A program made the translations under genes and the position numbers. DNA of 64,000 nucleotides from Macrostomum lignano (lineage: Eukaryota), in NCBI GenBank assembly GCA_002269645.1, contig NIVC01000947.1, positions 186,001 to 250,000 on the forward strand, read 5' to 3'. Below, piece by piece: positions 21,646 through 34,800 of the stretch. The notes under the pieces are model-generated. The model was not told where the DNA came from. It did no database searches and worked only from the letters and a program-made list of their open reading frames with translations. Every line of letters starts with the position of its first letter. Positions within the stretch are counted from its first letter, which is position 1.

Positions 21646-24600
21646 GCGGTCAGATTCTGCGGTCCCATTAAGATTAGCTGTTCTCTCGCCGACTGAGCAA
21701 TTCGCACTCTCACTGTGAACTGGTTCACCAGCTCAGCCTGCTTCTGAACCGGGGTAAAGTGCAGAAATGCTCTATTGGCCAGAGCAATAAGGCAATCGCC
21801 GTAGTCGTCAACGCTCTCGTTCTTGCCTTGCTGGCACGACCGTATTGCTCAAGGTAATCCTATAATGGCAAGCCTATGAAGTTCATTTCCGCGGAGAATC
21901 TCTGGGCTACCAGCTCCGCTGCTGGCCAGTTAAATTCCACGCCGGCAAGTTTCCTGCTGGCGATGCTGGCCGCCCACTCAAAGAGTGTCTGCCGATACTG
22001 CAATCCCTCCGTTTTAATTTGATCTTGTAGGTCGGGCGGTAGGCTTACGAACAGGTGACCGCGTACGCCGGCTAAGTAGATTAAGTCGGCTACTTCTTCG
22101 GCCTGCCTCTCCTTCAGCCAGGCGCGGAGGTCTTCAGTTGACGTGACGCGACTGACCCTGGACGCCGGCGGGGCCCTCTCGCCGGCTTCCGGGAGAGGTC
22201 ATGGAGGCCTAACGTTTCTGGCGTGGAGGGGCGTGGCCGTGGCTACCCGAGCGGCAGCCTGGCGCAGACAGGTATAATTGTCTGCCAGCCTGTCCACGGA
22301 ATTGGCCTCCTCTCCGGCCGCGACGTCTGGCCGGTGGGCGAGTCGCAGCTCCGCCTTGGCGCGACTGGGCGTCGGCGCCTTCTTGTTCTGGGCGCCTAGC
22401 CGAGCTGCCCTCTGGCTGAGGCTGGCGCACCTCCGACCCTACAAGACTTTCTGGGCACGAGCTTGCAGCTCGCGGCACCATTTCGACACTTTCAATTGCT
22501 GGCGTCAACCTGTTAAAGCGTGGCGGTGTGCTGTTGCCCTCAGCTGGCGAGTCGGGTGCCCGCAGCTCTACCACGTCCTCCAGAAAGGTAAGTTGGGGTA
22601 CCTGACTGGGCAGCGGCACAACTACTTTACTTTGGACGCGTAGTCCATCCTTCTTTAAATTAGCAACACGGTTTGCGACCGACTGATTGGGGGCCTTAGC
22701 GCCGGAAAACGGCTTTGGCCGGGTCGCGATTCTCTTAGTAGCCTCCATCGAGTCGCCTTCTTTTGACATTACTGTCGCTGCAAGGCAATTATTTACGACG
22801 GAAGATTCGGTTAAATAACCTGGCCAGGCGAGACGCATAAGTCTTGCGGCTAGGGTTGACCTGTAACCTATCAGGTTCCCTGCGCAATCGCTCTGGGCGG
22901 TTTAGTGTCGCTCGATCGACGTCCCTAGTCCTAGTTGCCTGCCTATCTATAGTTGAATTTTCTCCTAGTTGTTGCTCAGGTGCGATGGGGGTGAGTGCGT
23001 GGGATCAGGAGATTTGCGTGATTTGGGTCGCGTGACGGCAACTGCGCAACCTCAATGGGCGCAAAATCTCCTCTCTCCGTTTCAGCTCCTTGGTCGACAA
23101 CTTCAGCGTTGGCGCCTCGCGACCGCGCTTGCAGCGGCTGCGGCGCGAGGGCCACGGCGGTGCGGCGGGCTACTTCGTCGACTGTCTGGCGTCTCGCTTC
23201 AGGAGTGGCCGAGCGAAACTCTTCTCGGATACGAGTGGGCCACTAACGGCATAACTGCCCCCGGAGCCCGACCTTAACAAGTAAATTTGTCAAAGCGACG
23301 ATTGCTCCTTCGCTGACCGTGCTCAGGTGATTAAGCTGAGTTGTGGCATCAGCCTGTAGAGGCCTGGCCTGGATGGCGGCGCTGATTGCTTCAGTCAGTT
23401 CAGTACGGCTAAACAGTCGAGGAGGCGACGGTACCGGCGAAGGGTGGCGGAAGCGCGGCGACGGAGGCGTAGGTGGCATTGGATAGTCATCCAAGTTGAT
23501 GGCGTCCGGTTGCGGCGGTGGCGTCAGAACGCCTAGGTGGAGAGCAGGTGGCGACGAAGCAGGGGGAGGCGGCGTCCGCAGCACGTCCACCCTCGGGTCT
23601 AGTAGGTCTGGGGAATGCGCGTTCCGTGGAGCCTGCGCTCCTGGAGCCAGCAATTCTTGGATCGGCAACAGTAGGTTTTCGCCGGGCTCTTCTTGCAGTG
23701 AGCTGCTCAAACTGCCCAATATGTCGAATAGATCATCTGCAGGCGACTGGTCAGCCTGGGCCTCTTGCTGGGTGGGGGAGCTATGCTCCGGGGGCGTCTG
23801 CGACCGGGCTGGCGTTTTGTAGGTCGGCTGCGTCCGAGGCGATCAGGACTCAGTAGGTGAGCTGTGGATCGGCCGCTCTGGCGTCAGTTACCGCTGGGCC
23901 GCAGCTCCTCGATGGGCAGCCGTGGCCGGTAGACAGGCATCAGCCGAAATTGCCTGGGGCGGATCTAGACGTAGCCGGATGGCAGCCGCGCGCTCCCTGG
24001 CGACAGCTAGGCGATCACGAAGCGGAGGGGGCTATAACGGTGCAAGTCGGCGCACCTTGATGTTCGGTTCCTGTCGGTGTTGGTCATCCCAGCGACTGCG
24101 GCGCCTGCGCGTCGGGCCCTGAGTAGGCGTAGGAATGACGCGAGACCTGCGAGATGGCGGGCAGGCCGCGTGCGTTTTCGTCCACCAGCCGGTGAGGATA
24201 CAAGCGAGTGCCTGTATTAAAGAAATACAGAAGAAACACCAGGAGAGTTCGCCCGCCAAGAGGTGTGAAGGCGGAAGGAATAGGGAAGAAAGAGAGAGGT
24301 GCGAAAGGGGCTGTAACTCTCAGATCCAGTCTGCACCCTAAGCCTAGACTGCTCGGGGTGAAATGACGCTACCACATAGAGAAATACCCGAGTATAACTT
24401 GAGGTCATAGTAGGAATTGAAGGGCCCTAGGATACTTACAAAATATAATAGTATACAAAAGAAGAAATTGGACCATTGTAATTTGTAATGGATAGATGAT
24501 AATCACTTCCGGGTTGGGCCCGGCAGCAGCTGGTTTAGCTCGCCTTTATTCTCCCTGGCGAGTTAGTTTAAATTTTGCTTGACGGTCGCCCACACGTCCG

Positions 24601-25233
24601 GCAGGCGTTCAATCGAGACGGTGAAGTATTTTCGAAGGCCTGTGAGTAAGTGTAAATAGCACTTTGCTTAGTTAGCTAGTAGCAATTAACTTGCAAGTTT
24701 GTTTAATATTATGATATCATTTCGAAACATATCATTTCGATTGACGACAATACTGCAATATTATTCATGTTTGAACTCATCAACGTGTGAATCAGGTGAT
24801 TTCTGCCTGTCGGTTCGATTGCCGCATCGGGAATCGAATGTGTATCGCGAGAAGTAGTTTAGACCGAAGCGCAGCCGAATATAGTTACGGAAAAACTGGG
24901 CTGGACTCGTTGATGCAAACAAACAAAGCTGAACGCTCTCCCCGTGACTGACACGAATGTCTGAATCAAAGTTATGAAGAAACGTAACTGTAGCAAACTG
25001 TTGCAAGTACAAAAGAGTTAAATAAATACCTCATCTTCGTATTTACTGCTTGTAACAGCTTCGTCGCCGCTACCACGAGCTCGAGACATTCGAGAAATTA
25101 GTTGTCGCTCCATACTTCCCTATTCAGTCTTGATGAAAGCCTTGAGCTAGTCTAAAAATATATACAAAGCATTCTGTATGCTTGTAGCAATTTCCAAAAC
25201 TGTCTCGAACATAAAAAAGCTTCTATATACCCA

Positions 25234-25767
25234 TCACTGCTGTAATGACGGCTGTAATGACGGCCAGACGGCTGATGTGCTTGGATTCTCATAGCAGACC
25301 CACTTCTCCTCTTGAGCGATTATCGACTTGAGAAAGTTTGGCAAACCGGCCTGGCGAAGATTCAAAGGCGCCGCATCCACCCTGGCTCTCAGCTGCTGAG
25401 GTGTCAGCTCATAGGGCACCAGAGTTGGCTTCTTCGGCACCTTGTCCGCAGCATGCAGGCTCCGCCGAACCGTGCCATAGGACACCCCAATAGCAGCTGA
25501 CAGCTTGCGCACGCTGTAGTTTGGATTGTCCTCAAGGGCTTGGAGAACGGCATCGCCATCAGTAGTAGGGGGTCGGCCTGACCTCGGCTTGTCCTGCAGC
25601 TCATAGTTCTCCTCAGCAAAGCGAGAGAACCACTCGTACACCGATGACTTTGAGGGTGCATGTGGGCCCATCAGCTGCAACAACTCGCGATGTGCCTCGG
25701 CTGCGTTGCGTCCCGCATGAAAGTGGTTGAGCAGAATTGCTCGCCATTCAGTTTTTGGTAGTTCCAT
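25234..25767 (-). pseudogene. Mariner transposase N-terminal fragment
   Basis: HTH region (NAAEAHREL...SKSSVYEWFSRF...DKPRSGRP), LVPYEL (WVPHEL motif) and IIAQEEKW (degenerate first catalytic D motif). Truncated afterwards. Confidence 0.9.
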
Positions 25768-26135
25768 TAAATGCGTTTGCTGGCTAAAGTAGGCAGGGTC
25801 TGGGAAACTGAGCGATGTTAAGTTAAAGAGTGATGATAAGGCTGGCCAACAGCATAGTAGATGGTTGCTGCTTTTAAGCTTTTCCATAGACAAAATAGGG
25901 GCTCACAGCCTTAGCATTGCGACTTAAGGAATCTATATTAATCACTGCCTGCACTTCTTGGGGGATCTCTCTTACTTTCTCCTCATCGATGATGCGAGCA
26001 GATTTGAATGGCGCTCGCATGCTTTCGCTTTTACCTGAGCTGCAATACGTCTTTTTTTAACCGGCCGATCGACTGGATCGCAGGTGTGCTCTTTGAAGGC
26101 TTCAATGGTTCCGTCTTGGCGCTTGACGGCTGAGC

Positions 26136-26735
26136 CTAAGCATTTCTGTGCAGTCTGTTTGCGCCGCCTCGTAGGTAATGCTTTAGACGAGAGACAGCCC
26201 AGACAATGGCTAGGGCTTCTCTTTCAATATTGGAGTAATTTTTCTCTGCCTTCAATAGAGTCCTAGAAATATAAATCACAGTGTGACCCTCCTGAGTCAG
26301 GACACCTGCAAGAGCCCCTTTAAATGCATCAGTGGTCAAAGGCTCGTGAATGTATTCTTCAAGCGTAGGTTCAGCGTCAGCGAAATCGGGATAATGAAAT
26401 AAAAACATCTCTTCCACTTCTACATGAGGGACTGGAAGCAATGGCTCCTCTTGGTCAATAGGCTCACCACCTGGTTCTGATCCTGGAAAGGTTGGCGGCA
26501 CAGTAGCTGCTGGGGCAGCTGAAGGTGCAGATGAAGGCACACCTGTAGTTGGCCTAAGGCATCGGTTGCACAGCCAGAAAAACTCGCGTACACGTTTCAT
26601 CGCAGCGTACTGCTCCGGCGTAACGCGACTGCTACACGCACGATGCTGCCATTCGCGACACTGCGAGCACTCAATAGCTTCCTCTCCATAGACAACAGGC
26701 TGTACACACACTGCACATGGGTATGCACCTGCCAT
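26136..26735 (-). CDS. PHD-finger ORF fused in frame to a Gypsy RNase H fragment
   Basis: CAVC...CSQC..WQHRAC...WLCNRC (C4HC3), then a Pro/acidic linker, then [16 protein letters not shown]...[24 protein letters not shown] (RT-RNase H). Confidence 0.8.
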   Translation of the reverse strand: MAGAYPCAVCVQPVVYGEEAIECSQCREWQHRACSSRVTPEQYAAMKRVREFFWLCNRCLRPTTGVPSSAPSAAPAATVPPTFPGSEPGGEPIDQEEPLLPVPHVEVEEMFLFHYPDFADAEPTLEEYIHEPLTTDAFKGALAGVLTQEGHTVIYISRTLLKAEKNYSNIEREALAIVWAVSRLKHYLRGGANRLHRNA

Positions 26736-26806
26736 TTTAATGATATTTCTTGATCAAAAACTATTTAAGCTCCGATATCGGATAATCTTTTTATTGTATA
26801 GATATG

Positions 26807-27460
26807 CTATTCTAATACAATTATACATAAACAGAAAATGCAAAATTCGGGGCCCGTATCAGTGGAAATCTGCGCGGCGGATACCGCCGGGGAGACGATC
26901 ATCGGGGAGGCGATCGGCGCGGCAGCAATCGTCAGGGAGGCGAGCGGCGGGGAAGCGGTCTGCGCGGCGGCCATCGGCGGGGCGGCCATCGGCGGAGCGG
27001 CTATCGGCGCGGCGGCCATCGGAGCGGCGGCTATCGGTGCGGCGGCCATCGGCGCGGCGGCCATCGGCGCGGCGGCAGGCAGCTCGCTATCAGGCAGCCT
27101 CTCCACCACTACAGCCAGGTCTTGAAGCAACTGGAAGTTGCGGATGTCGTCGAACGCCAGAGCCCGGAGCTGCTGCAGTGGCTCGAGTGCCCTAGCCCGG
27201 GCCTCGGCAGAAGCCTGTCGACCAACAGGATAATTTTCATCCTGATGGATTTGCCGGTAATGTTGGCGCAGATTGCTGGCTGCGAACGAATCGCAAAGGG
27301 AGCACAATTTTAGGTCCTCCTTGCTCTACCAGCGGTGAAGTATGACAGCGGCCCGGATCCGGTCGATGTCTTCGACATGTAAGACAGCACCATGCCTGAG
27401 TAGATTATCTGGCCTTCGTGACTCGTAGTCGCACATAGGGCACTGGATCTTATCATTCAT
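26807..27460 (-). pseudogene. Two C2H2-type zinc fingers followed by (AAAP[M/I])n repeat; one in-frame TAG
   Basis: ATG at 27460: MNDKIQCPMCDYESRRPDNLLRHGAVLH...RW*(27328-27326)...CSLCDSFAASNLRQHYRQIH, then 15-bp repeats at ~26930-27080. Confidence 0.7.
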
Positions 27461-28789
27461 TAGAATTAACAATTGATTGACAATTAAGGTTGCTACAAAA
27501 GTGAATGAATAAAATTTATGAAAATTTAGATTTCTATGAAAAAATAGATTTAAGACATCCTGCTGTCGTATATATAGGGTTACCTTTAGGCAGTTAATAC
27601 ACTTTATAGGAGCTTAATGCACTTTATAGGAGCTTGATACACGGGCGTTTCCACGATTTTGGGACACTTTTTAATTGAAAAAAAGTATTCAAAAATGTTT
27701 CTTTTATTTACAAAAACAATAAAGCACCCCTTTCTTAGTTTACTAAGCGAGGAAAAGCACAAGAACTAAAATGCAAGAGAATGCATGACAATTGAAAAGT
27801 TATAATGATGTCACTTTATGACTTATACCGTAACACTTTATATAGCAAAAATACGGTCAATTAAGCATTTTACATATATTTAAGAAAATACTTTGTGATA
27901 TAATAATTGTTTAGCATACTAGTTGACTTTATCAGATGTGTTTAATGGTTAAAAACCATTTTAATATTTTCCAGTTAGATAAAGGTATCAAAGAACAGAA
28001 AAAGTATATCATGAGCAATTATTTAGTATATTTAGAATATGTCACACAATATAGTAAATTTTAGTAAATATAGAAAGTGATGCTAAAATTAAATAACTTC
28101 TTTTTTGTAAACGATTGGGCTAAGCTTTGCCCGCGGTCCAGCCCATTCAAGGGTTCTGCCGCTGGTTTATGTTTGAGTTTTTATAGAAGGGTCCACATGT
28201 AGCAGTGAACATACAGTATGGGTAGGGGCTCACAAAGATCTGAGGGTGCAGGGGTGGTACCCACCAATCTTTAAAGTAACTTTTTAATGACAATGTGAAC
28301 TGTAAATTCAGTTTTACAGTAATTTTTTAACTGTAAAGACACTTGTAACTTTTTGTTTAGTTTTTGTATGCTTTTGCTTTCATAAATATGTGACAATAAA
28401 CACTTTAATCTTATTAATTATGTGCTGCATTGTGTCAATTCTTGCACAACTTTGCATGTAAATAAAATGATTAATAGTATGCAGTTTTTGTTAAATTGCT
28501 CGCATTAACTTTATGTAATGTTACTAATTTTGCTTTACACTATTTCATTTCTCGGTTTACGCTTTACTGGTAATTTACTCAATCTCCAAATTGCGCATGC
28601 TTGTTTCAGCAATTTAGCTGCACAAAGGAAAACAAAGAAATTAATTCTAAGGAAATTATGGTGTCTTTGTATATGGCGAAGTCCAAAAATCGGGGGCAAG
28701 TTTTTTGAAAATTCTTTTTTTGGTGATTTGAAAGCAAAAAACCTATAAAATAAATTTATTTAAGTTTTTATAAGGTAAAAACATCTTTA

Positions 28790-29060
28790 AAAGCACGCCG
28801 CGGTGATACATATTCAAGTGTAATTTCATTGTTCTTCGTCGCTGAATAAGCATACAGTAAGCATCTGATTTGGAAGCCGGGTAACACATTGGAATTCCCA
28901 TAAAAATCAGAAAATTGCATTTTACCCAGCTTCTACTGAAGCAATTTGGAAAATTCTTTATTTCCTGCATACACGCCACAATGATACATATTTAAGTGTA
29001 ATTTCATTGTTCTTTGTCGCCTCATTAGCCTACAGGAAGCTTTTGATTTGGGTGCCGGGT
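28790..29060 (+). repeat. ~90-bp direct repeat (2 copies)
   Basis: cacgcc....tgatacatatt.aagtgtaatttcattgttctt.gtcgc...gatttgg..gccggg at ~28794 and ~28971. Confidence 0.8.
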
Positions 29061-29309
29061 TCACATTTTGTCGTACCATTTTTTACTTGAAATTTTTAAG
29101 TACAAGTATGGGCATATTACATACACTAATACTATGCAAGTTGATATTTAAATTAAAGAAAACAATCCAAAGATTATTTTGCAACAAGGAATTAGCGGTA
29201 TATTTACTTTTAGAGAAAGATGTTTGCTCGCAAACTTTGCACTTTAAATTGGTATGATTTTTGCGAGTTTATGTGGTTTTAGAAAAACTTAAAAAACCTT
29301 AGAAATACC

Positions 29310-31687
29310 TTCAAGGGATTAGCAGAGTTTCAACATACGTAGACGACCTATTAGTATACACTGAGATGTTCACCTCAAGATCACCTCAAGACATTGAAAG
29401 CTACACTAGAAGCTCTAGGAAAGTACGGCATGAAGCTGAAACTACAGAAGTGCAAACTTGCTAAGCCCGCCATCACCTTCCTAGGACATAAAATAGATAA
29501 AAATGGAATACAAATCTACCGAACTTTAGTCGAAAAAGTGCAAAAGGTCTCAAAGCCACAAAACGTCACACAACTCAGTTGTTTCCTAGGACTCTGCATT
29601 TTTTTCGCAAACACGTACCTAACTACGCTAAGAAAGCCAAGCCACTCACAGACCTGCTTAAGGGCACACCGAACACTAAGGCTCAAGCATCCAAAATCCC
29701 ACTAAAGTGGACAGAAGAAGCTACCAAGACCTTCGAAGATATGAAAAAATGGATAGCAGAAGATCTCAGGCTCACTCACCCTGACTTCAACAAACAGTTC
29801 ATTGTCTCCAGTAACGCTTCTACAAAAGGCATAGGCGCGATGCTCTCACAGAAAGACGAGACAGGAAAAGAAAAACCAATAGCATTCACGAGTCGACAAC
29901 TGAGAGAGGCAGAGACGAGATATGCTGTCACCCATTTAGAACTCTTAGCTGTTTTTTACGCATTCAAGACATCCGAACAATTTCTGTACGCAGCACAAAT
30001 ACCCACATTGCTAAGAATAGACCACGCACCACTCAGAGGTCTACTCACAGGAAAAACCCTGCGGAACAATCAAGTACTTAGATGGCTTCTATATTTACAA
30101 CAGTTTCAAATACAAATTGAGTACGTCCCAGGCGCATCCACCAAGAACGCAGTCCCAGATGCACTTTCAAGACTATACGAGGACCAATAGACACCTATCA
30201 ACTTTGTCACTATCAAGCACCCGATACCACACCTGCAAGCTTTAAAAAAGGCTCAAGCTGAAGACCCATTCTGCCAAGGCATACGAGCGCTATGGGAACA
30301 AAAGCCCATGGATGACAACTTAGCTATGAGATACAAAAGACACATCCAGCGACATCTAGCGGACTATGCGGACATTCACGGAATCATTCACAGGACAGCA
30401 GATCACATCCAACAAATAGTGCTTCCATTCAAGTACCGTGAAATAATCTGTCACTCGTTACATGCACTACCACTAGCAGCGCACCTAGGTTTTGAAAAAA
30501 CCCTTGAAAGAATTAGGCGACACTATTTCTGGATCTCAATGGTTTTCGATATTCGAACCTTTTGTCAAGACTGCATGGATTGCGCCAAGAACAAATCCGG
30601 TCAAATTCACAAGGGACTCATCCAAATGCCCGAAATCCCGATGAAACCGATGAACAAGCTATCAGTAGATCTCGTAGGACCCATGGTCCCCACAAAAATC
30701 CGGAACGAGACAGTCTCCCACATCTTGACTATTCTATGCTTTTTTTCAAAATTCGCCTTTGCATTCCCGATCCCAGATCTATTAGCAGAAACCACAGCCG
30801 AAACTTTGTTCCAAGTCTTCTGTATGTTTGGAATCTCGATAATTTTTTTACAGACAATGGAAAAAATTTCACGGCATCACTATTAGCTGAAGCTCTAGAA
30901 ATTCTGGGAGACAAGCACATCTTCTCGTCTACCTACCATCCGCAAGCAAACCACGTAGAGAGACTGCACTCTACCCTACATAACATGCTTAGACATTACA
31001 CTGCGGAGAATCTAAATGAATGGCACAAATACTTATCAGCCACAATCTATGCCTACAATACGGCTAAGCAATCCTCTTCAACCTATTCTCCCTTCGAATT
31101 GGTTTTCGCTAAAAAACCCCTGATGCCCACAGAGCTCACAACCCAGCTGAACCTAGCTCGTAGTAAGATACATGGATGAACCGTCTTATGCAGCCCGAAT
31201 GCAAGAAGCTATCACCTTGGCTAGAGACATAGCCAGACACCATCTCAAAGTGGCCCAGGAAAAGAACACAGGCAGAGCTAACAAAAATCGAATGGCCCCT
31301 ACATTAGCCATAGGAACCAGAGTTATGCTACAGATCCCAATGAGACAGGGAAAGCACCAAGCAAAGTTCACGGGCCCATCTGAAATCGTGAAAAGAAACA
31401 GTGCCACGTCCATCATAATAAGGAAAATCGATGATCCGACGCAAGAATCTTTCCAGGTGCACACGGACAGGCTAAAGCCAATAGCATCGCCAACACCCAA
31501 GGTACTGCTCTCCGATCTGCGACCAAGTGATTCACGAAGAATGCAACGCCAACACAGCCAACTGTTCAGCAAGGAAGTGGGCGTACAAGCTGTCGAAGAG
31601 ACGCTCGCGGACACAGTTCGAAAGAAGTACAATCTAAGGAGCAAACCCATACTCCTAGACAAATGATGTCAGGAGATGGGGGGAGAG
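29310..31687 (+). mobile_element. Ty3/Gypsy element 3, pol fragment (RT end, RNase H, integrase, GPY/F tail) with PPT-like tract
   Basis: YVDD at ~29337, NASTKGIGAMLSQ...ELLAVF, HALPLAAHLG...CQDC, SVDLVGP, TDNGKNF...HPQANHVERLH, and KFTGPSEI. Several frameshifts. aggagatggggggagag at 31671-31687. Confidence 0.92.
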
Positions 31688-31875
31688 TACAGAGACTATA
31701 ATGACTATTTGATTTACGTACTCATTCGTTGGCGTGCTGAGCACACTAGAATTAGAAACTCACATTAACTTTTTATTTAAATAAAAAAATAAAATAATTA
31801 TTTAAATATTTAAATAATATTTAATATTTAATATTTAAATACTTTATTTAAATCAACACTTAATTTTAACCCCTC

Positions 31876-34800
31876 TGACTTTTATGTGTGTGGCCCGGGG
31901 AACAACCGCCCTAGAGCGGCTATCCTCGCTGCCAGCCATCTCCAGGCTTGGCTGAGGACTGATCTCTCTGATGGAGACCTCTGTGTCATCCAATCTAATC
32001 ATCTCTCTCCGCATACGTGTCTTGTTGCCTCGATTTACATCCCTGGCAACAGAGACCCTGCTCCCGAGAGTCTACTGCGCCTTGCGCAGTACTGCGAGTC
32101 CCAGAACGATGAGCTGTGCTTAGGGGGCGACCTCAATGCGCACCACAAGCACTGGGGCAGCAAAGACACCAATATTAGAGGGGAGGAGCTTCTGGCCCTT
32201 ATCTCTAACACAAACCTCATGCTCTGCAACCGCGGTAGCATTCCTACCTTCAACAATGGCAGATGGACTGAGGTCCTTGACGCCACACTCGTTACCCCAA
32301 GACTCTTTGACAGAGTTAAGGAGTGGAGAGTCTGGTCTGAGGAGCCCTCCCTGTCTGACCACTGCTTTATCGCCTTTAACATCGCGGACACTAAAACCCA
32401 GTCCTCGATTACTTGGAGGCGTAACATCCGCAACACTGGTTGGGTGGCCTATAAGGCTACCCTTGATCTGCACCTGCAGGAACTCACAGACTTACGTCCG
32501 ATTGAGACCTGCGAGGATGTGGACCATGCGGCTGAGACGCTGACAGGTTGCATTATTGGAGCCTATGAGGCGGCCTGCCCTGTCCGTGCCTACAAAGGCA
32601 AGACCTCGGCGCCGTGGTGGAACTTGGAGCTGGGGAAACTCAGGCGGAAGGCCAAAAGCCTTCACTGCCGTGCCATGAAGACCGGAAACCCGGAGGACAT
32701 GGAGCTTTTCCGACAAGCCTCCCGAAACTTCAAATCTGAAGTGCGCAAGGCCAAGGAATGAAGTGGCGCCAATTCTGCAATGAATTGGATCAAGACAGAC
32801 CTACTTCTAGGCTTGTCAAGGCCCTTACAATGGACAAAATGTCCAAATTAGCCATGATCAAAAAAGATGATGGCTCTCTTACTAAAGACCCTGAAGAGGT
32901 GCTTCAGCATATGCTCAGCACATTCTTCCCGAGGGTACCCACCGCTAGATCGGAACCCAACCACTCAATGGATGGAGCCACCCTAGCGGCAGGCATAATC
33001 ACTGAAGACTTAATCGCTCGTGCGGTCAGAACCTTCAAGCCCTTCAAATCTCCTGGACCTGATGGTATCTACCCTCTTCTTTTTCGTGAAGCAGCCAAGA
33101 TACCCTCGTTCTTGAGACTTACCCGCAATCTCATGCGGGCTTCTATCCAGCTGGGATACGTTCCCAAAAGCTGGACCGAAGCTCGGGTAGTCGTCATTTG
33201 CCAAACCTGGGAAGGGTGACTACCAGAGCGTCAAGGCCTTTAGGCCAATTAGCTTAACGTCAGCAATGCTTAAGCTCACTGAGAGGCTTATTCTCTGGCG
33301 GCTGCTTTCTTGCGACCTGACAGCAATGCCTCTCAGCAATAATCAGCACGCCTTCCGTACCGGGAGGTCGACTGACAGCGCCCTGCATGCGATTGTCGAG
33401 AAGATTGAACGGGCGGTACTGGGTGACGGTTACGCCCTGGCTCTTTTTCTCTACATTGTTGGTGCCTTAGACAACGTTATCTTTGAAGCGTTTCAGAGGG
33501 CCCTTCAAAATCGCAAAGCTCACGCTACCCTCATACGGTGGATCATGTACATGATCTCCAACCGTACGGTCACTGCCCAACTTCTTGGGCAAACTGCCTC
33601 CGCCAGAGTCTGTAAGGGTGGACCCCAAGGCGGAGTCCTCACCCCGACGCTCTGGAACCTGGTCATGGACGCTCTTCTGGGTGACTCCCGAGCTGATCCC
33701 GTCTTCAAAGTCGGGTATGCTGACGACGTCACTGTCATTGTGGCTGGGCCGTCCCCCAGCACGCCCAGGGATCTGATGCAGAGCTTTATCCGCAAAACAG
33801 AATCCTGGGCCAATAACAACGGTCTGGAACTCTCCGAGCCCAAAACTGTTGCCAGTATGTTCACCAGCAGAATACGCTAGAACATACGACCTCTGCAGCT
33901 TTACGGCAGAGATATTGCCTTCGCGCACCAGACCAGATGTCTCGGAGTCATACTTGACCACCGGCTCAACTGGTCCTTCCACGTGAAAGCAAAAGCCAAG
34001 CGTGCCTCAGCCATCCTGGCCCAGCTCCGTCGAGCACTTGGCACTTCTTGGGGTCTATCCCCAAAACGGCTTTGGTGGATCTACACTTCCGTAGTTAGAC
34101 CTGCCATTGCGTACGCCTCGGTTGTCTGGGTTATCGCTACCCAGGTCAAAAGCCACGCAGATTTGCTCAACACGATCCAGGGCAGAGCGTGTAGGCTTAT
34201 CTGCAACGCCACCAGGTCCACGCCCTTTGCCGGCATGGGGGGCCTTCCTTAATCTACCGCCTCTCGGTGAGGCGGCTAGAACGACGCGGCGTTTACTTGA
34301 TGCCGGTGTCAAATTCCTTTACATGAGGGCACCTGCTAAGCGGAACCTCGTCCCGCATAGCGACCTGTGCTTCAACATCCTCAACGAGTGTCAGGCCAAT
34401 CGAGTCTTCACCGATGGCATTGCCTCAACGCTCAACCTGAGACAACGCTACTCCGTAGCTATCGACTAGCGCGATACCATCAATGACCACTGGAACCCTG
34501 GTGAGCTTCACTGCTACACCGATGGTTCTAAGCAGTCAGCCAACACCGGTTTTGGTGCTGGAATCTTTCTAAACGGGAGGGTTATCGCAACCCACGTCCA
34601 GTACACTGGGATCAACTCTAGTGTCTTCCAAAATGAAGTTCTCGCCATCAGCTCCTGCATCGCAGAGCTCCTCGCCACTGGCGTTACCGGTAAGAACATC
34701 ATTTTCCATTCGGACAGCCAAGCTGCCTTGCACGCCATCAGCGGCTGCAGCACCAATTCTGCTACAGTCCTCGACTGTATCAAACTCCTCAACATGTTGG

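Larger units (their letters stand above)
18050..24490 (-). mobile_element. Ty3/Gypsy element 2, internally deleted: LTR remnant/PBS, gag region, pol almost absent, accessory ORFs, LTR
   Basis: Gag capsid-like translation at 22150-21660 (QQGKNESVDDYGDCLIALANRAF...ELVNQF) and Pro-rich upstream ORFs. A possible LTR end plus PBS (cacctct TGGCGGGCG) lies at 24264-24250. The accessory ORF is homologous to that of element 1. Confidence 0.75.
24500..27460 (-). mobile_element. Mutator-like (MULE) element: C2H2/repeat ORF, PHD, FLYWCH and MULE remnants, interrupted by Gypsy RNase H and mariner fragments
   Basis: FLYWCH-like segment ([12 protein letters not shown]...EHTCDP...KRRIAAQVKAKA) at 26140-26010, then SARIIDEEKVREIPQEVQAVI. 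MULE C-terminal-like remnants lie at ~25010-24510 (AQFFRNY...FSRY...NRT; LPDVWATVKQNL...LNQL). No TIRs identified. Confidence 0.6.

Noticed and set aside
22278-24341. Numerous plus-strand GC-rich ORFs opposite the gag region (and similar shadows over the LINE and p53-like exons)
   Set aside because: These are antisense shadows of GC-rich coding sequence with no independent motifs.
1903-25155. 15-bp identity aagccttgagctagt at ~1903 and ~25137
   Set aside because: The similarity does not extend on either side and could be chance in a repeat-rich window.
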